From Nanobdellota archaeon (GTDB lineage: Archaea > Nanobdellota > Nanobdellia > Pacearchaeales > GW2011-AR1), in the NCBI GenBank assembly GCA_038045265.1, contig JBBSYL010000010.1, positions 582 to 64,581 on the forward strand: a DNA stretch of 64,000 nucleotides. The letters are read 5' to 3'. The translations under genes were made by a program, and so were the position numbers. The first letter of the stretch is position 1. Each line of letters opens with the position of its first letter. Of this stretch, positions 29,015 to 38,911 are shown piece by piece. Under the pieces are notes generated by a model, which was not told the DNA's origin, did not search any database, and saw only the letters and a program-made list of their open reading frames with translations.

Positions 29015-31219
29015 TTACCTACCGAAGAAATACTTAAGGAATGAATTAGGAGAGGGGTCTGAATCATATATTACATTTCCGAGTATGAATGAGCCCGTTA
29101 CTGGTGCTGACTCTCCTCCGCTAGTTCCACTTGTTGTTCCTGAGGATGAACCTGAACTTGTTGAACTTGAATCTCCAGAAGTTGTTCCTGAAGTTGATTG
29201 CTGAGAAGAATCTGCTGGAGGAGATTGCTGAGGAGGTTGTTGCTGTTGCTGTTCTTGAGGTGGTTGTTGATTTTGTTGAGTGTTGAAAGGAACACATCCT
29301 GAACCGCTCCATTGTTGTCCTTCAGGACAGCTTGAACCATCAGGGTTAAAACCTCCCTCTCCTTTCTGGCATCCTCCCCAAGGATCGCAATAATTTGGAG
29401 AAGGACCACAGTTTAATTTAGAACAGTCATATTTTGCAGTTCTATCTACATAATCTTTATCTCCAGGTCCTGGAGGACGATTGTATTCTTCTTTAGATTC
29501 TCCAAAGCATTTATTTCTGGCTTCATCATAGGACAATCCTTTAGTTCTTGCTTCATCTAAGCATCCATTGCCTGTTGACTTGGAAGTGTCTCTAAATCCT
29601 TCTGGACCTCTTGGTTGCCTGAAATCGTCCCTATATTCTCTTCTTTCACCTTCTCTGCATGTACATTGGCCTCCAGTAAAGTCCCACGCTACATTTTTCT
29701 CTTGACATGAGTTTGCACACTCTCTTTCTTTTTCTTTTGTTTCTCTAAACCTTTTTTCATCAAATCCTCTGCCTTCTCCATCTGGGCCTTCTCTGAAACT
29801 TGAGACGGCACCATCAAAACACTTTAATCTTTCATCTGAATCTTGTATCTGCCTGCAATCAAAGTTAAATCCTCCTCTTTGGCCTCTGCCTTCTCCATCT
29901 GGGCCTTCTCTGTCTCTGCCTAACTCATCCATTATCTTTTGGCACTTTCTTCCATCAGATGGAGATTCTCCTGTAAGCCCTGCGTCTATGCATTCTTGAG
30001 GTGCACTACTTTCAAACTCATGTCTTCCACAATCTTTAAAGTTTGTAATTCCTGCGTCTATGCATTCTTGAGGAGCTTTTATTTTGTACATTTCTCCTTC
30101 GCATTTTTCTCTTAATTCTCTCTCGCTTGTTATTCCCTTGTCTATTGCGTCTAGTAATACCTTTCTGCATTCTGGAGGAGGTCCGTCATCATCTTCGCTT
30201 CCTTCAGATATCACTAACTTCATGCATTCTATCCTTGATGTAACCTTTCTTTCTCTGCAAATTTTAGGTGCATGATTATCATATTGAGCTCCTTCAAAAT
30301 CATCTTCTATATCAGCCAAAGCTTCTTGAAGATAATCTGGAAGAACATCTTCAATGCCTTCGCTTAACTTATCGGCCTCTTCACACTTTGCTTCATCCCC
30401 TTTCTGGCATTGAGCATATAATGGGGCGACTTCAGTGCATTTGTCAGCAAATGCTTCAACACTTATATCTTGGCATTTACAATTGGTTGCATCTTTCATG
30501 CATTGAGTCATTATTCCTATAAATGCCTTAACTTCTTTTTTCTGCTCTTCTGTCAATTTTCTGTCGAGCTTTTTCTGCCAATCAGGAGAATCGTCGTCTG
30601 ATTTGCATGTTCTTGAATATTGGTCAGGGTCAAGCTTTGAAAGAGTTTCACACAATTCTTTTATTTTCCCTGCAATTTCTGCCGCAGTTCCTATCTTCTT
30701 TTCTGCTACTCTTATCTTGTTGAAATCATCTCTATATTCTGGAGGAATATCATTTATTATATCACCATATGCTTTTCTTATAACTTTTGAACGCCTTTCT
30801 GCTTCATCTTTATCCTCTGGTTTTACTTCTTTTTCAAATTTCTCAGCAGATTGTTCATATTCTGCAAGAAGCGCTTTTGCCTCTTCGTATTTTCCTTCAC
30901 TTAATAAAGTCCTTATTTCCGCCGCTCTTTCTCGGCTATATCCTTCATCATCTTTGAATATCCCGTCTACAAATCTGTCAAATTCATTTACGCTTCCTCC
31001 AGTACCTAATTCATCCCTGACTTCTTCTTCAGTTATATCTGATAAATCAGAATCCTCTTCCTCCGAAACAGCATCTTGGCTTGAAGCGTCCTGAATTTCA
31101 TCGGAAATTTCTTCAGAAGAAACAGACGTATCTGTTGAATCTTCAGCATAAACAAATGAGATGGACAATGCTAATAACATAAAAGTCAAAAACATAAAAC
31201 GCAAGCCTCTTCTTTGCAT
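29015..31219 (-). CDS. secreted acidic Cys-rich repeat protein with Q/P-rich and S/T/G-rich C-terminal linker
   Basis: Signal peptide (MQRRGLRFMFLTFMLLALSISFVYA). Internal duplicated modules (REGPDGEGRG x2, APQECIDAG[IL]T x2) are also visible as nucleotide repeats. Poly-Q/P and STG tail. Confidence 0.6.
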   Translation of the reverse strand: MQRRGLRFMFLTFMLLALSISFVYAEDSTDTSVSSEEISDEIQDASSQDAVSEEEDSDLSDITEEEVRDELGTGGSVNEFDRFVDGIFKDDEGYSRERAAEIRTLLSEGKYEEAKALLAEYEQSAEKFEKEVKPEDKDEAERRSKVIRKAYGDIINDIPPEYRDDFNKIRVAEKKIGTAAEIAGKIKELCETLSKLDPDQYSRTCKSDDDSPDWQKKLDRKLTEEQKKEVKAFIGIMTQCMKDATNCKCQDISVEAFADKCTEVAPLYAQCQKGDEAKCEEADKLSEGIEDVLPDYLQEALADIEDDFEGAQYDNHAPKICRERKVTSRIECMKLVISEGSEDDDGPPPECRKVLLDAIDKGITSERELREKCEGEMYKIKAPQECIDAGITNFKDCGRHEFESSAPQECIDAGLTGESPSDGRKCQKIMDELGRDREGPDGEGRGQRGGFNFDCRQIQDSDERLKCFDGAVSSFREGPDGEGRGFDEKRFRETKEKERECANSCQEKNVAWDFTGGQCTCREGERREYRDDFRQPRGPEGFRDTSKSTGNGCLDEARTKGLSYDEARNKCFGESKEEYNRPPGPGDKDYVDRTAKYDCSKLNCGPSPNYCDPWGGCQKGEGGFNPDGSSCPEGQQWSGSGCVPFNTQQNQQPPQEQQQQQPPQQSPPADSSQQSTSGTTSGDSSSTSSGSSSGTTSGTSGGESAPVTGSFILGNVIYDSDPSPNSFLKYFFGR

Positions 31220-31270
31220 CAGTTTTAGTATTTTAGCAAGTATATAATAGTTTTGATTTTACCATTTTAG

Positions 31271-31693
31271 TTAAGAGAAGTATTGCCTAATATCTTTATT
31301 CTCTTTCCCTTGGATAAATGAGAAAGCAAATGATAAAAACGCACCCATAGTTGTGCCCATAAAATAAATAAAACCTGTTTTGGATTTTACAAGGTTTCTT
31401 TTTCTTAATTGTGCAAGTTCAGTGAGAGCATTTGGATGAGCTTTAACATATGCAACATAATTTGAAGTTAAAGCTGACAAATCTGCTGAAGGAGGGTTTT
31501 CGTCTAACTTTGAAGATATCTCTCTTCTCATATCTCTCGCAATTATGGCTGGTTGGTTTAAATCTTCTCTTGCATCATATGTAAAATCTTTATATACTTG
31601 ATTTATTGATAATCCTGTAAGAAGAGTTCCTAAATAAAATAACTTTCTTGCTGGTGATAGTTTGATATATTGTTCTTTTAGTTGTTTTATCAT
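31271..31693 (-). CDS. hypothetical membrane protein (2 TM)
   Basis: ORF with hydrophobic N- and C-terminal segments. No family recognised. Confidence 0.3.
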   Translation of the reverse strand: MIKQLKEQYIKLSPARKLFYLGTLLTGLSINQVYKDFTYDAREDLNQPAIIARDMRREISSKLDENPPSADLSALTSNYVAYVKAHPNALTELAQLRKRNLVKSKTGFIYFMGTTMGAFLSFAFSFIQGKENKDIRQYFS

Positions 31694-31804
31694 TACATTG
31701 CCCTCACCGTTGGTGGTAATTGTGCTTGGTATTGTGTATTTCGTGATTTAAAGTAGAATCCTGATAAACTAAAAACTAATAAAACTCCACAACTTGCAAG
31801 CCCC

Positions 31805-32098
31805 TTATATTCTGGCAATAGTTAATGACTTTATGGATTGCTGATACTCTCGTTCTAATTGAGGATTTCCTTCCAAAAATTGGAAATATTCTTTAGTAGC
31901 TAATCTTGCTTCAACTGAATGCTTTTTTGCTTTTTTTATTTTACCGTATAAACGATTGGCTTCTTGAATTAGGGGAGTTCTTGATTGACTTTTTGCTTTC
32001 TCAAAATCAACTAAATTACTTCCAAGCCAAACTATGCCTGCCAAAGTGACAGCTGTACAAAAGTTTACAGGTCTCAAATATTGAGATATGTTTTTCAT
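31805..32098 (-). CDS. hypothetical small membrane protein
   Basis: 97-aa ORF with N-terminal TM, immediately downstream of pcna. Confidence 0.3.
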   Translation of the reverse strand: MKNISQYLRPVNFCTAVTLAGIVWLGSNLVDFEKAKSQSRTPLIQEANRLYGKIKKAKKHSVEARLATKEYFQFLEGNPQLEREYQQSIKSLTIARI

Positions 32099-32100
32099 TT

Positions 32101-32829
32101 TTAATCTTCCTGCTCTATTCTTGGGGCGAGGACGAATGAAAGCATAACATTTCCTGTTGGGAAGTCAAGACGCATAGGGTGGTTGTCTGAGAAGGAAATA
32201 GACACCCTAGAAGAAATTTTTGAGCCCTTTCTGAACTTATTAAGATATTCTAAGGAGAATCTAGCTTTGCTTGTGGCAGAGAATATCTCTGCTTCATCGC
32301 TTGAAAACTCTGCCTTCGCGGAGTTTAGACCAGAAGCTTCCACTATAAATTTAGTTGGTTCTGCTATAAATGTACAGGCATCTGAAACTACAAGGCAATC
32401 ATCTATAACTTCAGAGAAGGTTTCTGCATCCATCCTTATGACTGATTTGAATTCCCATTCTGGTAGATCTTTTTCTTCTGAATCTAGATCTAGAAGAGCA
32501 AGAGTAAAGTCTCTCTTTATTCTATCTTGGATTTCAAGTCTTAAGATATTATCATTTTTAATAAGTAAAAGTGCGCTTCCGGGCTTACATCTTCTTAAAA
32601 CTGCCTTTAAATTCTCAAGATTTATTCCTAAAATCTCATTTTTTTCAAGTTCAAAAATTGAAAATAGGTCTGATGGTATGCGAAAATAGACCATGGCCAC
32701 ATTTGCTGGATCTATAGCAGTAAGCATTAAACCGTCTTTATTGACCTTAAGCTTAACTTCAGTAACCAATTCAGATATTATGCCTACTATATCCGAAAAT
32801 AACTTAGGATTATCGAGTTTCAACCTCAT
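32101..32829 (-). CDS. pcn: DNA polymerase sliding clamp PCNA
   Basis: 242 aa. PCNA two-domain pattern (MRLKLDNPKLFSDIVGIISELV...). Confidence 0.9.
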   Translation of the reverse strand: MRLKLDNPKLFSDIVGIISELVTEVKLKVNKDGLMLTAIDPANVAMVYFRIPSDLFSIFELEKNEILGINLENLKAVLRRCKPGSALLLIKNDNILRLEIQDRIKRDFTLALLDLDSEEKDLPEWEFKSVIRMDAETFSEVIDDCLVVSDACTFIAEPTKFIVEASGLNSAKAEFSSDEAEIFSATSKARFSLEYLNKFRKGSKISSRVSISFSDNHPMRLDFPTGNVMLSFVLAPRIEQED

Positions 32830-32972
32830 GTTTGTTGAGATAATTAAGAGCTTTTAAGTTTTGTTGTGATTCATGATATAAAGAACCGAATACAAGAATC
32901 TGTTATTTCATTTATTTGTATCATTAATAAGGAATAAGCAAATCCTATAAAGCATAGGTTGCTGAGAAATCT

Positions 32973-34511
32973 ATGGTGAAGGAAGAAAGAATTAGGGCAA
33001 TTACTAAACTATATTATTCAAACCCTAAAGTGCAGGAGGCATTGCTTAAGTTCTCAAAAGATAGAGAAGTTGTTCCAAGATATTTTGAAGGGTTTGGGAA
33101 AAGACCAGATTCATTGCAATATAATTCAGATATAATGGGATTGGTCAATAAAGGGGCTACAAGTTTTCATGCATCGGAAGAATTGTGGGAAGATGTACTT
33201 GCAATAAATTCCGACATGACTCAAGCGGAATTTAATTTGCTTAGAAAATCATGGGACCTACTTATAGATATAGACTCTTCATTTCTTGATTGTTCCAAGA
33301 TAGCAACAGACTTAATAATAAAAGCGCTAGAGCATTTTGGGATAAAAAATTATGGAATAAAATTCTCTGGGAGCAAAGGATTCCATATAATCGTCGCTGG
33401 AAAAGCTTTTCCTGAAGAGTATAATGGGATGAAGATGAGTGAAATGTTCCCTGAATGGCCTCGAGCTATTTCAGAATATCTTATGTATTATATTAGGAGA
33501 GATTATAATATAGAAGTAGGAAAAATATTAAGCAATACTGATATTGTGGCCAGAACCGGCAATAAAGAAAAAGAAGAAAATATAATATGTAAGAAATGTG
33601 GAAGAAAAGCTCTGCGAGGAGTGGTAGCAAATTTACACTGTCCAATATGCGGATTCCAGATAAACAGAAGAGACGCAAAAACAAGCAAAAGAAAGTTGAA
33701 GTGCATTAATGCTAGATGCGCAGGAATACTTGAAAGTGGGGATGAAAAAGATTACTGGTATTGTGAATATTGCAAGCAGGATGAAGAAAGCAAAGCAAAT
33801 CTAAATTCAGAAAAAAATCCTGAATATTTCGAAAAACTTAGGGGAGAAAATGCAGAGGCAATAGCTAAACTTGATCTTATACTTGTTGCGCCTAGGCATT
33901 TGTTTAGGATGCCTTATTCTCTTCATGAAAAGACATCTCTCGCAAGCGTCGTATTAAAGAAAGAAGAAATAAAAGATTTTGAACCAAAAGACGCAGATCC
34001 TTTAAAAATCAAAATAAGAGATTATCTTCCTGAAAACGAAAAAGACGAAGCAAAAAAATTACTCTCTGCGGCGTTAGAATGGAAGAAGGGCAGGGAGCAG
34101 CAGGAAGAAGAACAAGTTAAAAAGAAGTATTTCAGCGAGACCAATTTTGAGGTGGGAAATATAGATGAAAAAGATTTCCCTAAACCGATAAAAAAACTAC
34201 TTAATGGCATAGGTGACGGCAAAAAAAGAGGATTGTTTATACTCCTTACTTTTCTTAAAAGTATAAATTATTCTCCTGAAAAGATAAATCAGCTAGTCAG
34301 AGAATGGAATAAGAAAAATGAACAACCATTAAAAGAAGGATATTTGAAAAGCCAGATAGAGTGGCATTTGAGACAGAAAAAGAAAATACTCCCTCCCAAT
34401 TATGATAATCCCTCGTTCTATAAAGATCTGGGATTGCTTGATGAAAAACCAAACGTGAAGAATCCGTTAGTTGATGCTATTAGAAAGGCGAGGAGGAAAC
34501 ATATTTCTTGA
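32973..34511 (+). CDS. priS: DNA primase catalytic subunit PriS with Zn-finger insert and C-terminal helical extension (possible PriS-PriL-CTD-like fusion)
   Basis: AEP motifs LIDIDS and FSGSKGFHII (SGxRGxH). Cys clusters CKKCGRK...CPICG, CINARC, CEYCK. 512 aa is much longer than typical PriS. Confidence 0.8.
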   Translation: MVKEERIRAITKLYYSNPKVQEALLKFSKDREVVPRYFEGFGKRPDSLQYNSDIMGLVNKGATSFHASEELWEDVLAINSDMTQAEFNLLRKSWDLLIDIDSSFLDCSKIATDLIIKALEHFGIKNYGIKFSGSKGFHIIVAGKAFPEEYNGMKMSEMFPEWPRAISEYLMYYIRRDYNIEVGKILSNTDIVARTGNKEKEENIICKKCGRKALRGVVANLHCPICGFQINRRDAKTSKRKLKCINARCAGILESGDEKDYWYCEYCKQDEESKANLNSEKNPEYFEKLRGENAEAIAKLDLILVAPRHLFRMPYSLHEKTSLASVVLKKEEIKDFEPKDADPLKIKIRDYLPENEKDEAKKLLSAALEWKKGREQQEEEQVKKKYFSETNFEVGNIDEKDFPKPIKKLLNGIGDGKKRGLFILLTFLKSINYSPEKINQLVREWNKKNEQPLKEGYLKSQIEWHLRQKKKILPPNYDNPSFYKDLGLLDEKPNVKNPLVDAIRKARRKHIS

Positions 34512-34530
34512 GAACATTTTTAAATAACTT

Positions 34531-36390
34531 ATGCGTGGCATTGGAATGAGAAAAGGGTTGATGTTGTTGGCTTTTGCTTTTGGTCTAATAGTTTTTAGCG
34601 GAATAGTTTTTGCTGCGGAAAACGACACTTCTGGAGAGAATATTGATAAGGCATATCAATGCCTTAAAGGAGAGATAGATAAAAGAACAAGTTTGAGTTT
34701 TCAGGAAGCTGTGTTTAGTACTCTTGCTCTTGGAAGTTATAAAGAAAATCTGAAAGTTATAGACAATGAAAAATACGGAAGCCAAAGTTGCTGGCCAAAA
34801 TCGGGGTGTAAGATTAAAGAAACAGGACAAGCATTACTAGCATTAGACCGTGCGGGAAGAAACACCGATCCAATTGAAAAATGGCTTCTTGGAAAGAATG
34901 GAACTGCGGATGATTTATCTTGGTTCCTTGAAATAGATATTAGAAATCAGCAAGTAGCTACATGTAGTATAAAATATAAGGGATTGACAGGAAATGTACA
35001 GATTGGTGCAGATTCCAAAATTTCTGGAAGCGCAGGCTCATGCCTTAGTATTTCTGATTCAGATTATCTTCTTAAGATAAGGGAGAGTTGCCTTGGAGAA
35101 GAGTTTGCAATTTCGTGTAATCAGGACTTTGTAACTACGCTGATTTATCAGAAGACAAGAGGAGATAATAAAGATTGCCTTGGAGAAAACAACATAACTT
35201 GTTTCGTTTCTGGAGAGACTCATGCAGCCTCTTCTTTAGGAACAACTGTTGAAAAGATAAAGGCTTCTTGCTTTAAGTCTGGAGGGAGATGCGATTATGA
35301 GGGAAGTTTATGGGCTGCCATTGCACTAGCAAAAACAGGGAATAATATTGACATATTTGCACCATATTTGCTTGCACTTGCCGAGGATTCGGGAAGATAT
35401 TTCCCAGAAGCATTCTTACTTTCCTTAATTGGGGATGATGATTCATTTGATTCTGTAATACAACAGAGAAAGCAAGGCCAATTTTGGGAAATTCAGGGAA
35501 GCCCATACAATAGATTTTACGATACCGCTTTAGGATTGCTTGGTCTCAACTCTAGGTCTGGAAGTACAGAAGTTGAGGCAACACAAAGTTATCTTCTTGG
35601 AATACAAACCAGGGAGGGATGTTGGAATAATAATAATATTAGAGATACTGCATTTTTACTTTATACTGGATGGCAGAAATCTTCTGGGGGTGGTGGAAGT
35701 GGAGGAAGTAGCGCATTATGTGAAGAAGCAGGATTTTCATGCGAAAGATTAAGCGAGTGCCAGGCGATTGGAGGAAGTACTAAAGAAAATTTTGAGTGCA
35801 CTGGAGTAGGAATATGCTGTTCACTAGAGGTTCCTAAGACAAGTTGTGAAGCAGAAGGAGGAGCGGTTTGTTCGGGAAATACAGAGTGCGATGGAAGAAC
35901 ATTCGAAGCAAGTAGTGGACAGGCTTGTTGTTTGGGGGCATGCATACCAACAGTAGTTGAGAATATATGTGAGGATAGTATTGGAGGAACGTGCAGATTT
36001 TCGTGTGAAGGGAAAGAGAGTGCGACGAGCGACAGTTGTGGATTAGATGCAGGAAGCATATGTTGTGTTAAGGAGAAAAGTAGTGGAGGTTCTGGAATGG
36101 TGTGGATAATCATTTTGATAATACTGATAATTATAATAGCACTCGCAATTTTGTACAGACATAAAATACAATTGTGGTGGCACTCAAGAAAGGGAGATTT
36201 CAAGAGCAGACCTGTTGTGAAGCCTGGAATACCTCCTGCAGGAACTTATAGGCCAATGCAAATGAGGCCAATGTTTGGAGCTAGACCTATGCAAGGTCAA
36301 CAACCTGCAAGAAGACCCGCGCCTGCAAGATCAGAAAGAGAAAGTGAATTAGATGATACCCTAAAGAAATTAAGAGATATGAGTAAGTAA
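34531..36390 (+). CDS. type I membrane surface protein with terpene-cyclase/prenyltransferase-like alpha/alpha-toroid repeats, Cys-rich stalk, TM anchor and proline-rich cytoplasmic tail
   Basis: Signal peptide. QW-like motifs (RKQGQFWEI, QTREGCWNN). Gly linker. CC-containing modules (CCSLE..., ACCLGACIP, SICCVKE). TM (VWIIILIILIIIIALAILY). Tail RPMQMRPMFGARPMQGQQPARRPAPAR. Confidence 0.55.
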   Translation: MRGIGMRKGLMLLAFAFGLIVFSGIVFAAENDTSGENIDKAYQCLKGEIDKRTSLSFQEAVFSTLALGSYKENLKVIDNEKYGSQSCWPKSGCKIKETGQALLALDRAGRNTDPIEKWLLGKNGTADDLSWFLEIDIRNQQVATCSIKYKGLTGNVQIGADSKISGSAGSCLSISDSDYLLKIRESCLGEEFAISCNQDFVTTLIYQKTRGDNKDCLGENNITCFVSGETHAASSLGTTVEKIKASCFKSGGRCDYEGSLWAAIALAKTGNNIDIFAPYLLALAEDSGRYFPEAFLLSLIGDDDSFDSVIQQRKQGQFWEIQGSPYNRFYDTALGLLGLNSRSGSTEVEATQSYLLGIQTREGCWNNNNIRDTAFLLYTGWQKSSGGGGSGGSSALCEEAGFSCERLSECQAIGGSTKENFECTGVGICCSLEVPKTSCEAEGGAVCSGNTECDGRTFEASSGQACCLGACIPTVVENICEDSIGGTCRFSCEGKESATSDSCGLDAGSICCVKEKSSGGSGMVWIIILIILIIIIALAILYRHKIQLWWHSRKGDFKSRPVVKPGIPPAGTYRPMQMRPMFGARPMQGQQPARRPAPARSERESELDDTLKKLRDMSK

Positions 36391-36431
36391 AACAGAATTA
36401 TATTTATATAATACAAATTGTTGTAAAAGGT

Positions 36432-37622
36432 ATGAAAAAGATGAATCTAATTAAGATATTTGTTGCGTTTTTAGTCTTTATATCTCTATTTTCTATGAGC
36501 ATTAGTGCGCTTTCTTTAGATATGAAAGAAAGTTATCAACCTAGAGAAACTATGATTGTTGAAATAACTGGAAATATTTTGTCTCCAATAAATCTTGAAG
36601 ATATTGAGTTCAAGAGAAAAAATGTCATTGTTCCATTAAACTATGATGTTAAGGTTCTTGGAGAGAGGCATTTTATATGGGCTGTTGCGCCTTTGAATGA
36701 AAGCAATTACACTCTTGTGCTTAAAAAAGTGGATACAACTGTAAATGGAGTAAGAGAAGAGACAAGTTATGAAAAGAACTTTAGCATATACGGAAATATA
36801 ACTTCCTATAGTGTAACTCCTGGCTTTATCTTAACTAATAAAGAGAATTTTACTGTAGAAGTTTTCCTGTATGAAGATGAAAAAAAGGTTGTTAGTATAG
36901 ACTTTCCGGAAGTTCATGAAGTGACTTTAAGACCTGGAAAGAATGAACTTAAATTTAAAGTCGACTCTGTTTTCGGAAGCGTTTTCAGAGAGATACATCT
37001 TGGGTATTATACACTTCCTGCGTACATATCGGGAACAGCAAGGAATAAATATGAAGCGCAAGACAAACATCTTGCATTTGAGCCTGCAACTTTTTACAAA
37101 GAAATTGAGATTGACAGAACAGTTGAATATACCATTATCATAAGGAATAGATATAATGAAACAATAGAAGATATTTCCTTGAATTATAATGAAGATTTAT
37201 TTACAATTACTGAAGATTCAAGATTTGCTTTGGATCCTGGAGAAAGCAGAGAATTTATTGTTAAAACGAATGATCCTGTGAAAGAAGACTTAAGAGAATT
37301 CATATATGCAAGATCTGACGATATAGAAATTACAATGCCTATTGAGATATTGATAAAAAGAATAGATGAACAGACTGGAGAGAACTTGCTTTACTGCGAG
37401 GAAATCCCTGGAATGATTTGTACAGAAAGTGAAGAATGTGTGGGGGAGAGCGAAAATTCCATACAGGGTGCTTGTTGTTTGGGAATATGTGAGAAAAAAG
37501 AAACAGAAAGCGGAAGCAAGGGATTAATTGGGTGGTTTCTCGCAGGTATAATTATTATAGGTCTGGTTGTCATGTTTTTCAAGTATAGGAAATCAAATGC
37601 ACCAATAGAAGAAAAGAAGTAA
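36432..37622 (+). CDS. type I membrane surface protein with juxtamembrane Cys motif
   Basis: Signal peptide. Motif GACCLGICE shared with the upstream protein (QACCLGACIP). C-terminal TM. Confidence 0.5.
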   Translation: MKKMNLIKIFVAFLVFISLFSMSISALSLDMKESYQPRETMIVEITGNILSPINLEDIEFKRKNVIVPLNYDVKVLGERHFIWAVAPLNESNYTLVLKKVDTTVNGVREETSYEKNFSIYGNITSYSVTPGFILTNKENFTVEVFLYEDEKKVVSIDFPEVHEVTLRPGKNELKFKVDSVFGSVFREIHLGYYTLPAYISGTARNKYEAQDKHLAFEPATFYKEIEIDRTVEYTIIIRNRYNETIEDISLNYNEDLFTITEDSRFALDPGESREFIVKTNDPVKEDLREFIYARSDDIEITMPIEILIKRIDEQTGENLLYCEEIPGMICTESEECVGESENSIQGACCLGICEKKETESGSKGLIGWFLAGIIIIGLVVMFFKYRKSNAPIEEKK

Positions 37623-37629
37623 ATTATGG

Positions 37630-38136
37630 TTAATGTTTAGATTTCTTCTTTTTTTGTTTCTTTGATGATTTTTCTAAAACTTTATTTTCTGGCTGTGATG
37701 CATTCTGCTGTTGCCTAAATAACTGAGGTTCATAAGTTACCAAGCGTTTTGCTAGGAAATCTCTTTCTGCAACGACATTTTTTGCAAGGGCATCATAACT
37801 GTGAAGTCTCTGAACTAATTGGTTAATTGCCTGCGTAAGTTCTTCATTCTTAACTTTCAAATTTTCGGGGTAAGTAATTTCAAAATTGGAGGGCATATAC
37901 TTAAATGCTATAAAAAATAAAAGATCTATTGATGCTACTTCCAAGTCTATTTCTGAAAAAGTAGTATAAAGATCTTTGGAATCCTTGACTGGAATGGGAT
38001 CATTAATTTTCTTCGAAACTATTACAACTCCTTTTTCCTTAGAAAGTTGTTCAATTAGATTATTCATGGCGGCAGTTACATTCTCAGGAGGTCTTCCAAG
38101 TATTTCTAGAATAATTGAGAGCTTAATATTTTCCAT
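37630..38136 (-). CDS. hypothetical cytoplasmic protein with poly-K tail
   Basis: 168-aa ORF. No family recognised. Confidence 0.35.
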   Translation of the reverse strand: MENIKLSIILEILGRPPENVTAAMNNLIEQLSKEKGVVIVSKKINDPIPVKDSKDLYTTFSEIDLEVASIDLLFFIAFKYMPSNFEITYPENLKVKNEELTQAINQLVQRLHSYDALAKNVVAERDFLAKRLVTYEPQLFRQQQNASQPENKVLEKSSKKQKKKKSKH

Positions 38137-38170
38137 GAAAGAGATTATAACAATATCTTTTTAAAACTAT

Positions 38171-38911
38171 TTAAAGTCGCTTTCTAGAAAGAAAAATTAT
38201 AACAATTATACAGAAAGCAGCAAAGGCATAGGAAATCCACAAACGCATTCTTGCCTCTTTAGAAGTAAAAGTCAGGGTTTTGGCTTCTTTTTTCTCAGAA
38301 TTTTTTGAGTTTAGTAAGATTACTCCATTGTCTTCCTCTTGCTCGGGAGTTTTTTGTGTACTAACTTCTCTTGTTGAATTGGGGCTTGGTAAAACAACAT
38401 TGTCTTCCGGATTTCCTGCAGATCCCTCATTAGAACCTTGATCTTCTTCTGTTTCCTGAGAGGTCTCCTCCTCAGAAACATTGGAGGGAGGGTTAAAAAC
38501 TGAATTTTCTCCACAAGAATTTTCTGAATTCTTAGTTTCTTGCTCAAAAACCCAGGCTTCATTGCAGAAGTTCCAGGTCAAATTATCATTCTTTGCGTCG
38601 TCTAGGCTTGAAGTTTGGTGAACTATGCCGGAAGCATTTTTTATATAAATGACCGCATCTGAATTGTCTATCCATTGCTTTTCAAGTTGAACGATAAGAT
38701 ATCTCTCTATGTTTCCTGAGAGATTTATTATATCTCCGTCTTCATTTTCTAAGAAATAAGCGTTTAGATTTACTGTAAATTCGGAATAAAGTTCTATCCA
38801 TTCTTCTCCAGAATCTGCGCCTGGGGGATTAGATTCTACTTCTGAAATTATTAATGCATTTGCAAATGAAATAAAAAAGATAAAAATAAAGCTAATAGCC
38901 GTAGCTTTCAT
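38171..38911 (-). CDS. secreted lamin-tail-domain (LTD) protein with C-terminal TM anchor
   Basis: Signal peptide MKATAISFIFIFFISFANA. LTD motif ISEVESNPPGADSGEEWIELYS. C-terminal hydrophobic anchor. Start trimmed from 39013 to the internal Met at 38911. Confidence 0.6.
   Translation of the reverse strand: MKATAISFIFIFFISFANALIISEVESNPPGADSGEEWIELYSEFTVNLNAYFLENEDGDIINLSGNIERYLIVQLEKQWIDNSDAVIYIKNASGIVHQTSSLDDAKNDNLTWNFCNEAWVFEQETKNSENSCGENSVFNPPSNVSEEETSQETEEDQGSNEGSAGNPEDNVVLPSPNSTREVSTQKTPEQEEDNGVILLNSKNSEKKEAKTLTFTSKEARMRLWISYAFAAFCIIVIIFLSRKRL

Noticed and set aside
35661-36203. Minus-strand 180-aa Pro/His-rich ORF
   Set aside because: Antisense of the Cys/Gly-rich stalk of the 34531-36390 surface protein. 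No independent support.
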